Below are positions 9,817 to 19,680 of a DNA stretch of 34,640 nucleotides, piece by piece. The notes beneath the pieces were generated by a model that had not been told where the DNA came from, did no database searches, and saw nothing but the letters and a program-made list of their open reading frames with translations. Position 1 is the first letter of the stretch. Every line of letters begins with the position of its first letter. The position numbers and the translations under genes were made by a program. Source of the DNA: a virus (Duplodnaviria; Heunggongvirae; Uroviricota; Caudoviricetes); the IMG/VR virus record IMGVR_UViG_2877285697_000008, positions 1-34,640 of that record; one strand, given 5' to 3'.

Positions 9817-11091
9817 TTAAACGCTCGCCACGTTATACCAGGTACCATTAATCAGTTTTTGCAGCGGTCGGTAATACACACCGTCAACGTTATCCGCTGA
9901 GTTACGGTGGGTATCCGATATCTTTACCCCTGACAGCCCGTGTCCCGAAGGTGCGCGAAATGTCCACGAAACGGTGTTACTGCCGGGGCCGTAATACATT
10001 TCATGGCCATATCGCACATCCTGTACCCCCTCAGTTCGATGTTTATAGCGGGCATCGAAGTTTCCGTAATTTAACGGAATTACCTGTCCGTTTACGGCGA
10101 ACGTGATGCTGTTATCTGTATTCCTCTGGCTGAAAAAATGCCAGCCTGAATCATCAACAAGCTCTGCAACAACAGGCCTGGATGGATTACCCCACAAACA
10201 AAACGCTGCATTTTTCGTGGAGTTGTTGGCGCTGGATAACGTGAATTTTCTGGCAGTTCCGGCCTGAATATTCTTAAAAGCAATAGCCACGCCATTCTGA
10301 AAACGAAATACATGCTGTCCATTCGCATAAACATCCAGCAGACCATCGCCGTTCTGTTTCAGGCCGGTATCGTTATCCCCGAAAACAATTGAATTTCCAC
10401 CTAACGCATTCGTCGTACCAATGCCAAGGCAACCATTAATGACGGCATTAACCAGAATATTTAGTGAATCCCATTTAAGATTCATCAGCTCTTTGAGCTG
10501 GCCGCCAGCGAGGCGGTGTCTCCATTTGAAATACTCATTGCCGTTGTCACCTGTTTCAAACCACATGTATGAATCAGTATCGCTGTCGGCATCATTTTTA
10601 AAACCAATCTTTGCCCAGTCAGTATTCCGAATCCAGGCGAGGATTGAGTCGTTTTCAAAAGTAAGTCCACCGGACAAGGTATCGCCTGTCTTTTGGACAG
10701 CGTTACCAGCCTTGTTTACCGTTTCCTGTAAACCAAGGTTTTCGAGAGCCGTTTTCACCGTGCCATCCGATTTGATATCGCCAAACGGATTCTTGCGGCT
10801 CAGGTATTCAACAGCAAACCCCGATCCCAGCAATTCAACAAAACCGGGCAGATCACCATTATCAAGCACATCCCGTTGCGTTTTGTCACTTACAAACTGG
10901 GCCAGAGCTGCAGCAATAAAGCTGGCCTGCCGAATAACCTTATTGACTTGCGCACTGGATGCTTTCCCTGCTGTAAATCCGGATAAAAGCGCAGGCAACG
11001 CTTCCCATTCCTCCTGCGACATAACATTGGCATTTTTACCCGTTGCAAACGCTTTAAAGTCATTTTTCGCCATCAGAGTAATACTCCCCAT
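9817..11091 (-). CDS. Tail fiber protein (Mu S / P2 gpH-like receptor-binding C-terminal region)
   Basis: 424 aa; block ...LGLQETVNKAGNAVQKTGDTLSGGLTFENDSILAWIRNTDWAKIGFKND... is strongly reminiscent of P2 gpH-type fibers. Confidence 0.8.
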   Translation of the reverse strand: MGSITLMAKNDFKAFATGKNANVMSQEEWEALPALLSGFTAGKASSAQVNKVIRQASFIAAALAQFVSDKTQRDVLDNGDLPGFVELLGSGFAVEYLSRKNPFGDIKSDGTVKTALENLGLQETVNKAGNAVQKTGDTLSGGLTFENDSILAWIRNTDWAKIGFKNDADSDTDSYMWFETGDNGNEYFKWRHRLAGGQLKELMNLKWDSLNILVNAVINGCLGIGTTNALGGNSIVFGDNDTGLKQNGDGLLDVYANGQHVFRFQNGVAIAFKNIQAGTARKFTLSSANNSTKNAAFCLWGNPSRPVVAELVDDSGWHFFSQRNTDNSITFAVNGQVIPLNYGNFDARYKHRTEGVQDVRYGHEMYYGPGSNTVSWTFRAPSGHGLSGVKISDTHRNSADNVDGVYYRPLQKLINGTWYNVASV

Positions 11092-11753
11092 GCTCCTACA
11101 TCAAAACCACTGATGAATTCGTTATCCATATCAAAACCAAAAAATTTTGAGCCTTCCGATGGGGTTTCCACCGAAGGTGTTTCAATGCCACCCGCCCATA
11201 CCCCGGCGGCTTTTACTGTGAGATACCCCTGTTTAATTGCCGCAATTAACTCACACGATACATCTGAAATATCAGTATCAGGAAAGACCCAGACCGATAT
11301 CGTCATGTCCTGATTATCGACTATCTGCATTCGCAGCCCGGATCCTGCTGTTGCAGCGTCAAGAATTGCCGGAAGCGAATCATTCCGTCCATCCCAGTTA
11401 TTAATCGCAATCTTCGCTTTAAGAATGACACGATAAGTTTCATCGCTGAGGTACATGTATCCGGAATCAGGATCGTATGGTCCCTGCCATACCCCCTGAT
11501 CATATCCAAGCCCGTCGGTATCCCAGCTGAAATAGACACCTGAGATAGGCTGGCTGACAACACGGCTACGTCCGATCCACAATCCCAGAATGTCAAGTTG
11601 CACACCAACCGCAGAGTCAATATCAAATGCAGTAATCAGCCCTCTGGTGGCAGCCGCAACATCAATAAGTGGCCGGGTCATCAGATCAACATGCGCAAGA
11701 AATTTAGGTTTGGTGGCGTGGTAGTTCGTGATTAGTTCGGTGTATTTGCTCAT
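11073..11753 (-). CDS. Baseplate protein (Mu gp48 / P2 gpI-like)
   Basis: 226-aa ORF in the conserved position between the J-like baseplate gene and the fiber gene. Confidence 0.65.
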   Translation of the reverse strand: MSKYTELITNYHATKPKFLAHVDLMTRPLIDVAAATRGLITAFDIDSAVGVQLDILGLWIGRSRVVSQPISGVYFSWDTDGLGYDQGVWQGPYDPDSGYMYLSDETYRVILKAKIAINNWDGRNDSLPAILDAATAGSGLRMQIVDNQDMTISVWVFPDTDISDVSCELIAAIKQGYLTVKAAGVWAGGIETPSVETPSEGSKFFGFDMDNEFISGFDVGAWGVLL

Positions 11754-12949
11754 GACTCCACCGTTATAACGATATTTTCCGGGGTACAGGACGCAGATTC
11801 GTTGTATCTGATATCAATGTTTGATGACGACAAAGCCCCCGGGGATTTCCCAATCGTCAGCTCCTGAATATCGTAATAGCGTGCATTCCCGCCACTCACC
11901 ACGCCAAGATTCGCCGGTGAGTAAATGCGACTTAAAAGGACCGAATCACCAATCGTCAGACTAATGATATAGTCGGAAATAACCTGCTGGATCTGCTGCC
12001 CTATCTGTGAGGTATAACCCGTAAAAACTTTTAATTTAATCCGGGCATAAACAGGCACATCACTGGAACGCGAGAATTTGATTACATGGGGATTGCCGTA
12101 TTTATCCGGAACCGTAACGGATGTTGTACCGTGAGTGGCTGTCCCCTGGCCTTTATTCCCTCTGATAGCCTGAGCAATATCCGTCACATCACCGCCATCC
12201 ACAATTACAGCAACAGAGTGTGGCGGTAACCCGTTACCGTCCTCCGAACCAGTATCGTTTTCATAGAGTTTGTGGCGGGTTACACCGGCAACATTAGAAA
12301 CAGCACCATCCAGTGCTTCAAATGGGGTTATTGATGGCAACGCAACACTTTGCGACTGGCGGATACGTAACTCAGCATCAGTTTCTGCCGGAGAGCCAAC
12401 AGTAGCCGCAGCAGGATTAATTACCGAAACCCAGCCACGGGTTGGCGTATTAATTTCAGTGATAGTTCCAGCCAGCGCCGCCACTGCACCACTGACGGAA
12501 CATCTTGCGGTCGCCATCACTGTACCATCCACACCGACCACCACTGACGCAGGCAAACGCCATATCACATTATTACCATCTTTCACGCTGCCATTAATGA
12601 TGGTTGTTCCGGCTGTTCCTGTAAGAAGCAAATCAACCGTAGAGTTCGTCGCGCCTTTACGTGAAATACCATTTATTTTCACGTTACTGGTCAGTGCAGC
12701 CCCATAGCCGGTTGCCGGTGAAAAACAGTTGTAGACAGTTATAGCCATATTATTGGCATCATGAATCGCCAGCGCCATCAGAGCCACCATCTGACCGTCT
12801 TTACTGTCCGGTTCGAGGTAGGCATCACTACCATAAATCTGCTGAAAATAGCTAATCAGGGTGCTGAGTATCGTCTGATAATCAGGCGCACTGATCCCCT
12901 CCGCGGTTACCTTTGCAGATAAACCGAGAGAATCAAGGTTCAGAGCCAT
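11750..12949 (-). CDS. Baseplate J-like protein (Mu gp47 / P2 gpJ-like)
   Basis: 399-aa ORF with 4-nt overlaps to neighbours; position and size match the baseplate wedge gene. Confidence 0.7.
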   Translation of the reverse strand: MALNLDSLGLSAKVTAEGISAPDYQTILSTLISYFQQIYGSDAYLEPDSKDGQMVALMALAIHDANNMAITVYNCFSPATGYGAALTSNVKINGISRKGATNSTVDLLLTGTAGTTIINGSVKDGNNVIWRLPASVVVGVDGTVMATARCSVSGAVAALAGTITEINTPTRGWVSVINPAAATVGSPAETDAELRIRQSQSVALPSITPFEALDGAVSNVAGVTRHKLYENDTGSEDGNGLPPHSVAVIVDGGDVTDIAQAIRGNKGQGTATHGTTSVTVPDKYGNPHVIKFSRSSDVPVYARIKLKVFTGYTSQIGQQIQQVISDYIISLTIGDSVLLSRIYSPANLGVVSGGNARYYDIQELTIGKSPGALSSSNIDIRYNESASCTPENIVITVES

Positions 12950-13302
12950 TACGCCTCCGATGTAACAGTCGTTATTCCATAGAGAGTGTCGATTTCAGTG
13001 GAAAACCTGACACGTCGGGTCGTGGTATCCACCGTAGTATTGAAAGAGAGGATTGATTTAACGCCCCGCGTTTCGAGGATGCGCTTACGGATCGCCAGGT
13101 TGTAGGTTTCCGGCTTCTGCTTACCGAGTACGGACTGGATCCACGGAGTCCCCTCGGTGGTGTCGAGAAACCATTGCCCATACCACAATTCGAATCGCGT
13201 TTTTACCGCCTGCGCCACGGCCTCCGGTGAGTTAATCAGCCAGGTGTCATCACCGCTGCCAAAGGTGTAATCGCCATCGGCGTCTTCACGTCTGTATCGC
13301 AT
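12949..13302 (-). CDS. Baseplate protein (Mu gp46 / P2 gpW-like)
   Basis: 117-aa ORF between the spike-like and J-like genes, translationally coupled on both sides. Confidence 0.6.
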   Translation of the reverse strand: MRYRREDADGDYTFGSGDDTWLINSPEAVAQAVKTRFELWYGQWFLDTTEGTPWIQSVLGKQKPETYNLAIRKRILETRGVKSILSFNTTVDTTTRRVRFSTEIDTLYGITTVTSEA

Positions 13303-14054
13303 CAGTTTACTCCGTCGGTATTGCTTCCACCGCGCTGAACACCACCATGAGTGTGCGTATCATCGATTGGCTTGCCGTTAGCCTTCACGCTACCCAAAAA
13401 CTCAACAGCACCAGTGATTTTTGAAGCCACACCAGAAACAACAGACCCCACCATGCCACCCATCCAGGTTAACAGGCCATGAATGGTTACTTTCTCAGAA
13501 AAATCAGCCAGAGGGGCAACCACATCAAGCCCCCCCGGAGCGACAATTTTAATTTTCCTAGTATCAGGATTAAGCTCAAAATAGGTACTGCCGTCGTCAC
13601 TACGCAACTGTGTGGCACTGGTATTAATACCGCTAATCTTCCTCGCCTGCGACTGGGGACCTACAATACAAAACGCATCCGATAAATCATGCATTCTGTC
13701 ATCAACCGGCTCCTGTATCCCGCCACTCTGCCACCAGAAATCAATACAACGATCGGCAAAAACGACAAGACACTCATCCCCGGCTTTTACCGGAAAAGTC
13801 AACGTACAGCCTCCGCCGCGCGGGAATACCACTGGCACATCCACCAGCAAGGGTAATGTCGTCGACTGGTTGATTCCATTTGAGTCTGGCTCATAGCCTT
13901 TAATCGCTGGTTGAACAACTACCGTTACCGTGTCCGGATCAAATGACTGGACGATGCCGGGCATAGAAACACGCAGCGCCGACATGACAGAGCCAGCAAG
14001 TCTTACATCGGCCTGTTCTTTGCTACCACGCTGAGCGCTTAAAGAAACTGGCAT
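13302..14054 (-). CDS. Baseplate spike/assembly protein (P2 gpV / Mu gp45-like)
   Basis: 250 aa with C-terminal ...GKPIDDTHTHGGVQRGGS (His-rich spike-tip-like motif); strong GGAGG RBS upstream of ATG at 14054. Confidence 0.7.
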   Translation of the reverse strand: MPVSLSAQRGSKEQADVRLAGSVMSALRVSMPGIVQSFDPDTVTVVVQPAIKGYEPDSNGINQSTTLPLLVDVPVVFPRGGGCTLTFPVKAGDECLVVFADRCIDFWWQSGGIQEPVDDRMHDLSDAFCIVGPQSQARKISGINTSATQLRSDDGSTYFELNPDTRKIKIVAPGGLDVVAPLADFSEKVTIHGLLTWMGGMVGSVVSGVASKITGAVEFLGSVKANGKPIDDTHTHGGVQRGGSNTDGVN

Positions 14055-14070
14055 TCATATGCCTCCAGAA

Positions 14071-14100
14071 AGCAAAAAACCCACTCGAAGGCGGGTTTTA
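14071..14100 (-). terminator. Putative intrinsic terminator downstream of the moron pair
   Basis: Hairpin AAAACCC.C-TCGAA-G.GGGTTTT (one mismatch) with the U-run on the minus strand, between the moron stop (14163) and the spike gene RBS. Confidence 0.4.
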
Positions 14101-14162
14101 TGTAGCTAGTTTTCTTTCCATGGTGATAGAAGCAATTACCGTGAAAAGTTAATTTAGCGAAC

Positions 14163-14504
14163 TCATTTCTTATTTTCAGATAGCACCAATCTACATTCTT
14201 CTTTTTTTAGAATCGTAAGAGATTGGCCACTATCGGAAAAAGAATAACCGCACTCGAAAGCGAGTTGACGCAGAGCTATTTCACCATAACTATCACCATG
14301 TTCTTTCATTAACTCATCACCAAAATCCGCCTCACGACCATTAGATACAGCGTCCATAGCCGCATTAGAAACAGCCCTATTTGTGATCTCTCTCTTGATG
14401 ATGTAGTTATCAGCCAGTGAGGTGTGCAGTCCAAAAAAATCATTCAGCGTTCCACCTACACAAATTGTTGGAGTCAACACTGCGAGAAGGAATATTTTCT
14501 TCAT
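14163..14504 (-). CDS. Uncharacterised small secreted protein (moron gene A)
   Basis: 113 aa; N-terminal signal peptide MKKIFLLAVLTPTICVGG (possible lipoprotein); AAGAGA-like RBS; lies in a ~700-bp AT-rich segment (roughly 38% GC by eye, against ~50% in flanks). Confidence 0.55.
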   Translation of the reverse strand: MKKIFLLAVLTPTICVGGTLNDFFGLHTSLADNYIIKREITNRAVSNAAMDAVSNGREADFGDELMKEHGDSYGEIALRQLAFECGYSFSDSGQSLTILKKEECRLVLSENKK

Positions 14505-14539
14505 TACAAATGTCTCTTATAGCTGATTTCTTAAAAAAA

Positions 14540-14782
14540 TTAATTACAGTACGTTGTGCCAGTATTGGTCGCCTGGCATTCACGATGTACTGCACTCCCA
14601 TTAATCGTTCCTGTGGTATACGTAGTACCTGTATTGGTTGTATAAGATTCTGTTTTAACTGTAGAACCACTACTGTCTGTACCAGTACAGTAAGTTGTTC
14701 CTGTATTTGAAGTGGTGCATGTTACCGCAGCCACAGAAGACAAAGTCACAAAATATACCAGTAATAAGATCCATTTAAGCAT
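14540..14782 (-). CDS. Uncharacterised small secreted Thr/Gly-rich repeat protein with 4 Cys (moron gene B)
   Basis: Signal peptide MLKWILLLVYFVTLSSVAA followed by three NTGTTY-type repeats. Likely ATG at 14780-14782 overlaps the upstream gene stop (ATGCTTAA), implying translational coupling; the track ORF starts 4 codons earlier at 14794. Confidence 0.5.
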   Translation of the reverse strand: MLKWILLLVYFVTLSSVAAVTCTTSNTGTTYCTGTDSSGSTVKTESYTTNTGTTYTTGTINGSAVHRECQATNTGTTYCN

Positions 14783-15815
14783 TTGGTACCCCACTTATTT
14801 TCGCTATCGTATCAGGAGTGAGTAAACTTTTACTCCCTTTAGCCAGGCAAAGCAGGTCCATATACCACGCCTGCCCTCGGGTGTCGCCAGTATAATCAAT
14901 GCTGCCCACAATGTAATCACCGTCAGTATTAATGCTGGCAGGCTGTGACATGCCTGGCAGACCGTTAACGTAGAGATTACCGTCGCTTTCAGACTCATCC
15001 AGTCGTGCTGGCGATTTCGCTACCTGGTCATTACTCAAAGAGGCACGGTATACAGATGCCTGATCCAGACGAATAAGCCCACCGAGCTTAATATTTGGAT
15101 TAATCAGACATCTGACATTTACGCCAGCTCCCATCGTCTGCTGTGGCATACTGATAAGCCCGGTGTTAGCATTCAACACCGTAGCAACACCAATATATTT
15201 ATCTTCAGGAACAATATTTACCAGATTATTTTCATACCACCAGTTAGCTTTACACTGCCCTGCGATATGATTCATCAACCTTGATGTGTTTTGATAAACA
15301 ACGCGACCTCGGGGAAATACCGTTTCAGGCATGTCAGGAACTGCACCGGATTCGATGCCATATGGTTCGAATGATTTCATACCCAGACTGAAAAGATCGC
15401 TGTACTTCCAGCCAGCAGCCACTGTGGTTTTCACTCTTGCGTTCAGGTGGCCTTCCCAGCTGTCAATACACTGCAACATGATCCAACTGTCTGTGGCATT
15501 ATCTTTACCAGTGACAGTAAAACGGATATCTCCATTGAATATCATACCAACGTTTTCATCAGGATAATTACCTGCTGCATCCGGTTGCCCCTTGTATCCG
15601 GCAATAACCTGTATACGCGAAAACTCCTTCTGCATAATCCGGTTCTGAGTGGTAGGAGACAGGTTATAAACCTTAAAATTTCCAACAAATCCATTAAATA
15701 TGGTCGCAGGCATTTTCTGAATATTGAAAGTGACTTTAAGCTCAGAAATTTTTATCCCGTCGCCCTTATCATCAACAAGCAATAATTCAAAGTGACGCAT
15801 CCAGTTTTTCGACAT
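14775..15815 (-). CDS. Tail/baseplate hub-like protein (Mu P / P2 gpD-like position)
   Basis: 346-aa ORF between the tape-measure region and the spike gene; assignment is by synteny and size, not a recognised motif. Confidence 0.5.
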   Translation of the reverse strand: MSKNWMRHFELLLVDDKGDGIKISELKVTFNIQKMPATIFNGFVGNFKVYNLSPTTQNRIMQKEFSRIQVIAGYKGQPDAAGNYPDENVGMIFNGDIRFTVTGKDNATDSWIMLQCIDSWEGHLNARVKTTVAAGWKYSDLFSLGMKSFEPYGIESGAVPDMPETVFPRGRVVYQNTSRLMNHIAGQCKANWWYENNLVNIVPEDKYIGVATVLNANTGLISMPQQTMGAGVNVRCLINPNIKLGGLIRLDQASVYRASLSNDQVAKSPARLDESESDGNLYVNGLPGMSQPASINTDGDYIVGSIDYTGDTRGQAWYMDLLCLAKGSKSLLTPDTIAKISGVPNA

Positions 15816-15818
15816 TGT

Positions 15819-16120
15819 TACTCCGTGAAAACATAGAGGTGTGAGAGCGTTCCAAGATCGAATTGCGTCGGATTCTCCTGCCCTGCCACGTCGCAGAGCA
15901 CCACCAGAGAAAAACCCTGATCCATATATCGATACTGTGCCAGCAGGTCAGCCCCCATAATCATCGGTATACCTGATATAATGGCGGAGCCATTGCTGTC
16001 AGCAAGATCCAGAACCCAGCACTCGCCTCACCAGATGACAGACAGGTGATAAACCGAACCGTTAATTGTGGTGGCAAAAGTCTGATTGTCAGCAACCAGT
16101 GGGATTTCTACGGCTTTCAT
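15819..16120 (-). pseudogene. Small tail-module gene (~100 codons) with an in-frame TGA
   Basis: ATG at 16120, 30 sense codons (MKAVEIPLVADNQTFATTINGSVYHLSVIW), TGA at 16028-16030, then 69 in-frame sense codons to TAA at 15819-15821; tightly packed between neighbours. Confidence 0.4.
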
Positions 16121-16123
16121 GAA

Positions 16124-16774
16124 TCACCTTCCCAGAAATAAATTGCTCAAATACCCATCAACAGTGGAGATACCTTCTTGCGCCATCTGTGGCAGCGATT
16201 TCAGAATGGAATTATTCGGCGGCACCGTTGTTTTGGTGCCTGTATTCTGCACAGCAGACGTTCCGACTCCCTCGGTCATATTGTTTTTCGGGGCAACCCT
16301 GACTGACTGCGTGGAGATAATAATTACTTCCCTGAGGGTAAGTGTCGCCAGAAGCACATTTTCACTACTCTTATCGGTCGTGACCTCCAGCGTTTTTATC
16401 AACATATTGTTGTAAATACGCTTGCCGGTTGTCACATCGAAAGGAATACGATTCCGCTGCAGGTTAAGCAGTTCCTGATACAGTTCTTTCGGGCTCAGCC
16501 CCAGTAAACTGGTAGCAGTCAGGTTACTGGCAAAATCAAGCAGCGATCCGCCTCCGGAAAAACCGGTTTCCATCACAACCTCAGAAGGGCGCCTGAATGC
16601 GTGTTCTGATATGTAACCAGCGCCCTCACCACTGGCACCAGCATTCGTGGGCTGTTCAACCGGATGTTCCGTAATTTCCAAGGCGTCAGTGTGCTTTTCG
16701 GTAATAACCACATCAGGAATAATGATTCCTATTGAGCGGGTTCGCTGCTGCAGTAAAACAGATAAAAAGTCCAT
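16124..16774 (-). CDS. Tail protein downstream of tape measure (Mu N / DNA circulation-like position)
   Basis: 216-aa ORF whose start overlaps the tape-measure stop; assigned by synteny only. Confidence 0.45.
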   Translation of the reverse strand: MDFLSVLLQQRTRSIGIIIPDVVITEKHTDALEITEHPVEQPTNAGASGEGAGYISEHAFRRPSEVVMETGFSGGGSLLDFASNLTATSLLGLSPKELYQELLNLQRNRIPFDVTTGKRIYNNMLIKTLEVTTDKSSENVLLATLTLREVIIISTQSVRVAPKNNMTEGVGTSAVQNTGTKTTVPPNNSILKSLPQMAQEGISTVDGYLSNLFLGR

Positions 16775-17039
16775 TACGCAGGTCCTTTCAATTGCTGTAC
16801 CGCCCTGGCATTTACAGCCCCCTGCTTGTCAGCGATCAGATTAGCCGCCTCCTGAGGGTTGTTAACTCCATGAACATTTATAACAGTCTGCTGGTTAAGG
16901 TTGCCAGCGGCGGCCTGATACGCCAGCGGGCTGTTCCAGTTTGAATAACCTTCTTTGCGCGCCATCGACTGCATCAATGCTCCCATAGTCCGGGGATCTG
17001 TAAGATTCAATATTGCATTCGGTGGGTAATGACTCCAAC

Positions 17040-17543
17040 TTACTGATAGTGTTTTATGTTCAGATAATGCCCGATGACCTTGTCATGCAGCTCCACCGAT
17101 TTTGAGAACGACAGTGACTTCCGTCCCAGCCTTGCCAGATGTTGTCTCAGATTCAGATTATGTCGCTCAATGCGCTGAGTGTAACGCTTGCTGATAACGT
17201 GCAGCTTTCCCTTCAGGCGTGATTCATACAGCGGCCAGCCATCCGTCATCCATACCACGACCTCAAAGGCCGACAGCAGGCTCAGAAGACGCTCCAGTGT
17301 GGCCAGAGTGCGTTCACCGAAGACGTGCGCCACAACCGTCCTCCGTATCCTGTCATACGCGTAAAACAGCCAGCGCTGACGTGATTTAGCACCGACGTAG
17401 CCCCACTGTTCGTCCATTTCAGCGCAGACAATCACATCACTGCCCGGTTGTATGCGCGAGGTTACCGACTGCGGCCTGAGTTTTTTAAGTGACGTAAAAC
17501 CGTGTTGAGGCCAACGCCCATAATGCGTGCACTGGCGCGACAT
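17040..17543 (-). CDS. insB: IS1 InsB (made as InsAB' by -1 frameshift)
   Basis: 167-aa ORF overlapping insA, typical IS1 arrangement. Confidence 0.9.
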   Translation of the reverse strand: MSRQCTHYGRWPQHGFTSLKKLRPQSVTSRIQPGSDVIVCAEMDEQWGYVGAKSRQRWLFYAYDRIRRTVVAHVFGERTLATLERLLSLLSAFEVVVWMTDGWPLYESRLKGKLHVISKRYTQRIERHNLNLRQHLARLGRKSLSFSKSVELHDKVIGHYLNIKHYQ

Positions 17544-17737
17544 CCGACGCCATTCATGGCCATATCAATGATTTTCTGGTGCGTACCGGGCTGAGAGGCG
17601 GTGTAAGTGAACTGTAGTTGCCATGTTTTACGGCAATGAGAGCAGAGATAGCGCTGATGTCCGGCAGTGCTTTTGCCGTTACGCACCACGCCTTCAGTAG
17701 CGGAGCAGGAAGGACATCTGATGGAAATGGAAGCCAC
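17462..17737 (-). CDS. insA: IS1 InsA
   Basis: 91-aa zinc-finger/HTH protein [37 protein letters not shown]... Confidence 0.9.
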   Translation of the reverse strand: MASISIRCPSCSATEGVVRNGKSTAGHQRYLCSHCRKTWQLQFTYTASQPGTHQKIIDMAMNGVGCRASARIMGVGLNTVLRHLKNSGRSR

Positions 17738-19680
17738 GCAAGCACCTTAAAATCACCATCATACACTAAATCAGTAAGTTGGCAGCATTACCCATTCGGT
17801 GATACTCCCATCCATTTCGCAACATCCTGTGCATACTTTTTCGGATCGTTGTTATCACCTGCCGGGGCCCAGGTACTGACAATATCCTGAATAGTCTGTA
17901 ATGCCCGTCCGGTTGTTTTCCCGGTAAAGTAACGCATGAGCTGGTTTTTCATCGCCTCCCAGCCCTCAAGAGCTGATTCGAAAAACCGGAACCCTTTACC
18001 GCTCACCGGGCGAATATTCCCTGGATTGTTATTCCGATCGGCTAAAGTACGCTTCGTAGACTGCGCATGTTGTTCCGGCTCAGCACCTGGAATATCTGAC
18101 TGAATATTTGCGCCTTTTACGGTATGAGGATTACGACCAAAATCGGTATCAATGCCAAGCCAGCGCAATGAATCTCCAATATTTTGTTTCGTGTAATCCC
18201 AGGATGACTTCGCACTGGCACCAATATTTTCGCGATCAGAGTACAAATACGCAGCATAAGCCATCCAGCCTTTTAACCACGGCGGGACCAGCAAACCTGA
18301 TATTTTCCCGAAAGCCCCCAGAACCTTGGATACCCAGACACCCGCGATGAATGTACCGAGGATTTCCAGTGCATTTTGCCAGCCGCCAACACCATCTTTT
18401 AGTTCCAGAAGGTGATCACGAAGCCAGGTGATCGCATCCTTCGCTTTATCTATTGCTGGTTGCCATTTTTCCCAGTCGATAAGACTGTTACCGCCTTCTT
18501 TCCATGTTTTGTAGTCTTCCCACAAGAGACCGAGAGCCACGATCAGACCGGTAATCAGCCCTATAGGTGACATCCAGAAAGTAGAGTTAAGTATCCGCAT
18601 GGCGACAACCAGACCGCCGATAACCTCTATCAGGGTTTTCGTTTCGGCATCCAGTTTCCCCCACCACTCGATGATATCTCCGACACCATCGACTATCCGG
18701 AATGCACCCCGCCCGACTATCTCACCCAGCCAGAGGATCCCCTTTATGACCTTTGTGATGGTGACTTCAATTTTGGGAAAATTTTCAATTATCTTTTTGC
18801 GCAGGTTATCAATCTGCCCCGCCAGTCCGTCCGCAAGATTCGATCCGATTTTGTCCCGCGCCATCCCGGCCATTTCACCGAGCGATTTCAGCGAGGTCAT
18901 AAACCGGTTTGACGATAAGGCAGCCTGATCGGCATTAAATCCGATCGCTTTCACCATTTCTGAATACTGAGCGCTGAACTGCCCCACTCCGCGACGCATA
19001 GCCATAAGGGTATTTTCGTCAATGCTCAGCATCTGCGCATACTGGTTAGCCCGGTAATACGGCATACCGCTGAGCTTCTGGCCTACACCAGTAAAAATAG
19101 CGGCCATGTCACGCATGTTACCGCTGGCATCACGGGTCTGTACGCCCAGGCGATTCAGAAAGCCTTCTGCACCGGGATTGTTACGAATAAACCGGGAGAG
19201 GCTTTCCAGAGAAGATCGCGCAGCGTCCACGCTGCCGCCAACCTGCGAAACCGCATAGCCAATAGACTGAATTCCCTGGACTGTCGCGCCGGTGCGCTGT
19301 GACGCCCAGTAAAGATTATCCAGACCGGAGGCGATCTTAGCCGTGAAGGCCACCACGGACAGCGCAGCTCCTTCAACAGCCAGCCCCATTTTGATGACAT
19401 TTGCAGTTGTACCGGCGAGGACAGAACCGAACTTTTTCGCTCCTGCATCATCCACACTGAAGCCAAGCGAGACGAGGAAATCTTTAATAGTCTCGGCGTT
19501 CATTATCCTCTCTCCATTTTTCTACCCGGACATCGTTGTCCTCGCACATATCAAGGTAGTCATTAAGAAGCGCGATGCGACAGAGATCTACCGCACCACT
19601 GTTAAGATCTTTCTGGTCAATATGGAAGGCAAGCGCCGGACGAAGAATAAAATCTTCACCACCCGGCAGGCTATTGAAGG

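Larger units (their letters stand above)
17025..17792 (-). mobile_element. IS1, copy 1 (768 bp)
   Basis: Terminal IRs GGTAATGACTCCAACTTA... / ...GGTAATGCTGCC; 9-bp target-site duplication CATTCGGTG at 17016-17024 and 17793-17801. Confidence 0.9.
16774..19503 (-). pseudogene. Tail tape measure protein, interrupted by IS1
   Basis: N-terminal ORF 17788-19503 (TMP-like, hydrophobic mid-region) and ORF 16774-17010 are in one frame when IS1 plus one TSD copy (777 bp = 3 x 259) are removed; native ~650 aa. Confidence 0.8.

Noticed and set aside
2093-11091. Possibility that the two fiber/chaperone pairs form a Mu G-segment or Pin-type invertible host-range switch
   Set aside because: Both pairs are on the same strand, no flanking inverted crossover repeats and no invertase gene are present.
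9817-13302. Antisense ORFs within tail genes (for example 10092-10346, 10421-11113, 12270-12707)
   Set aside because: Embedded opposite well-supported, translationally coupled structural genes; no start context.
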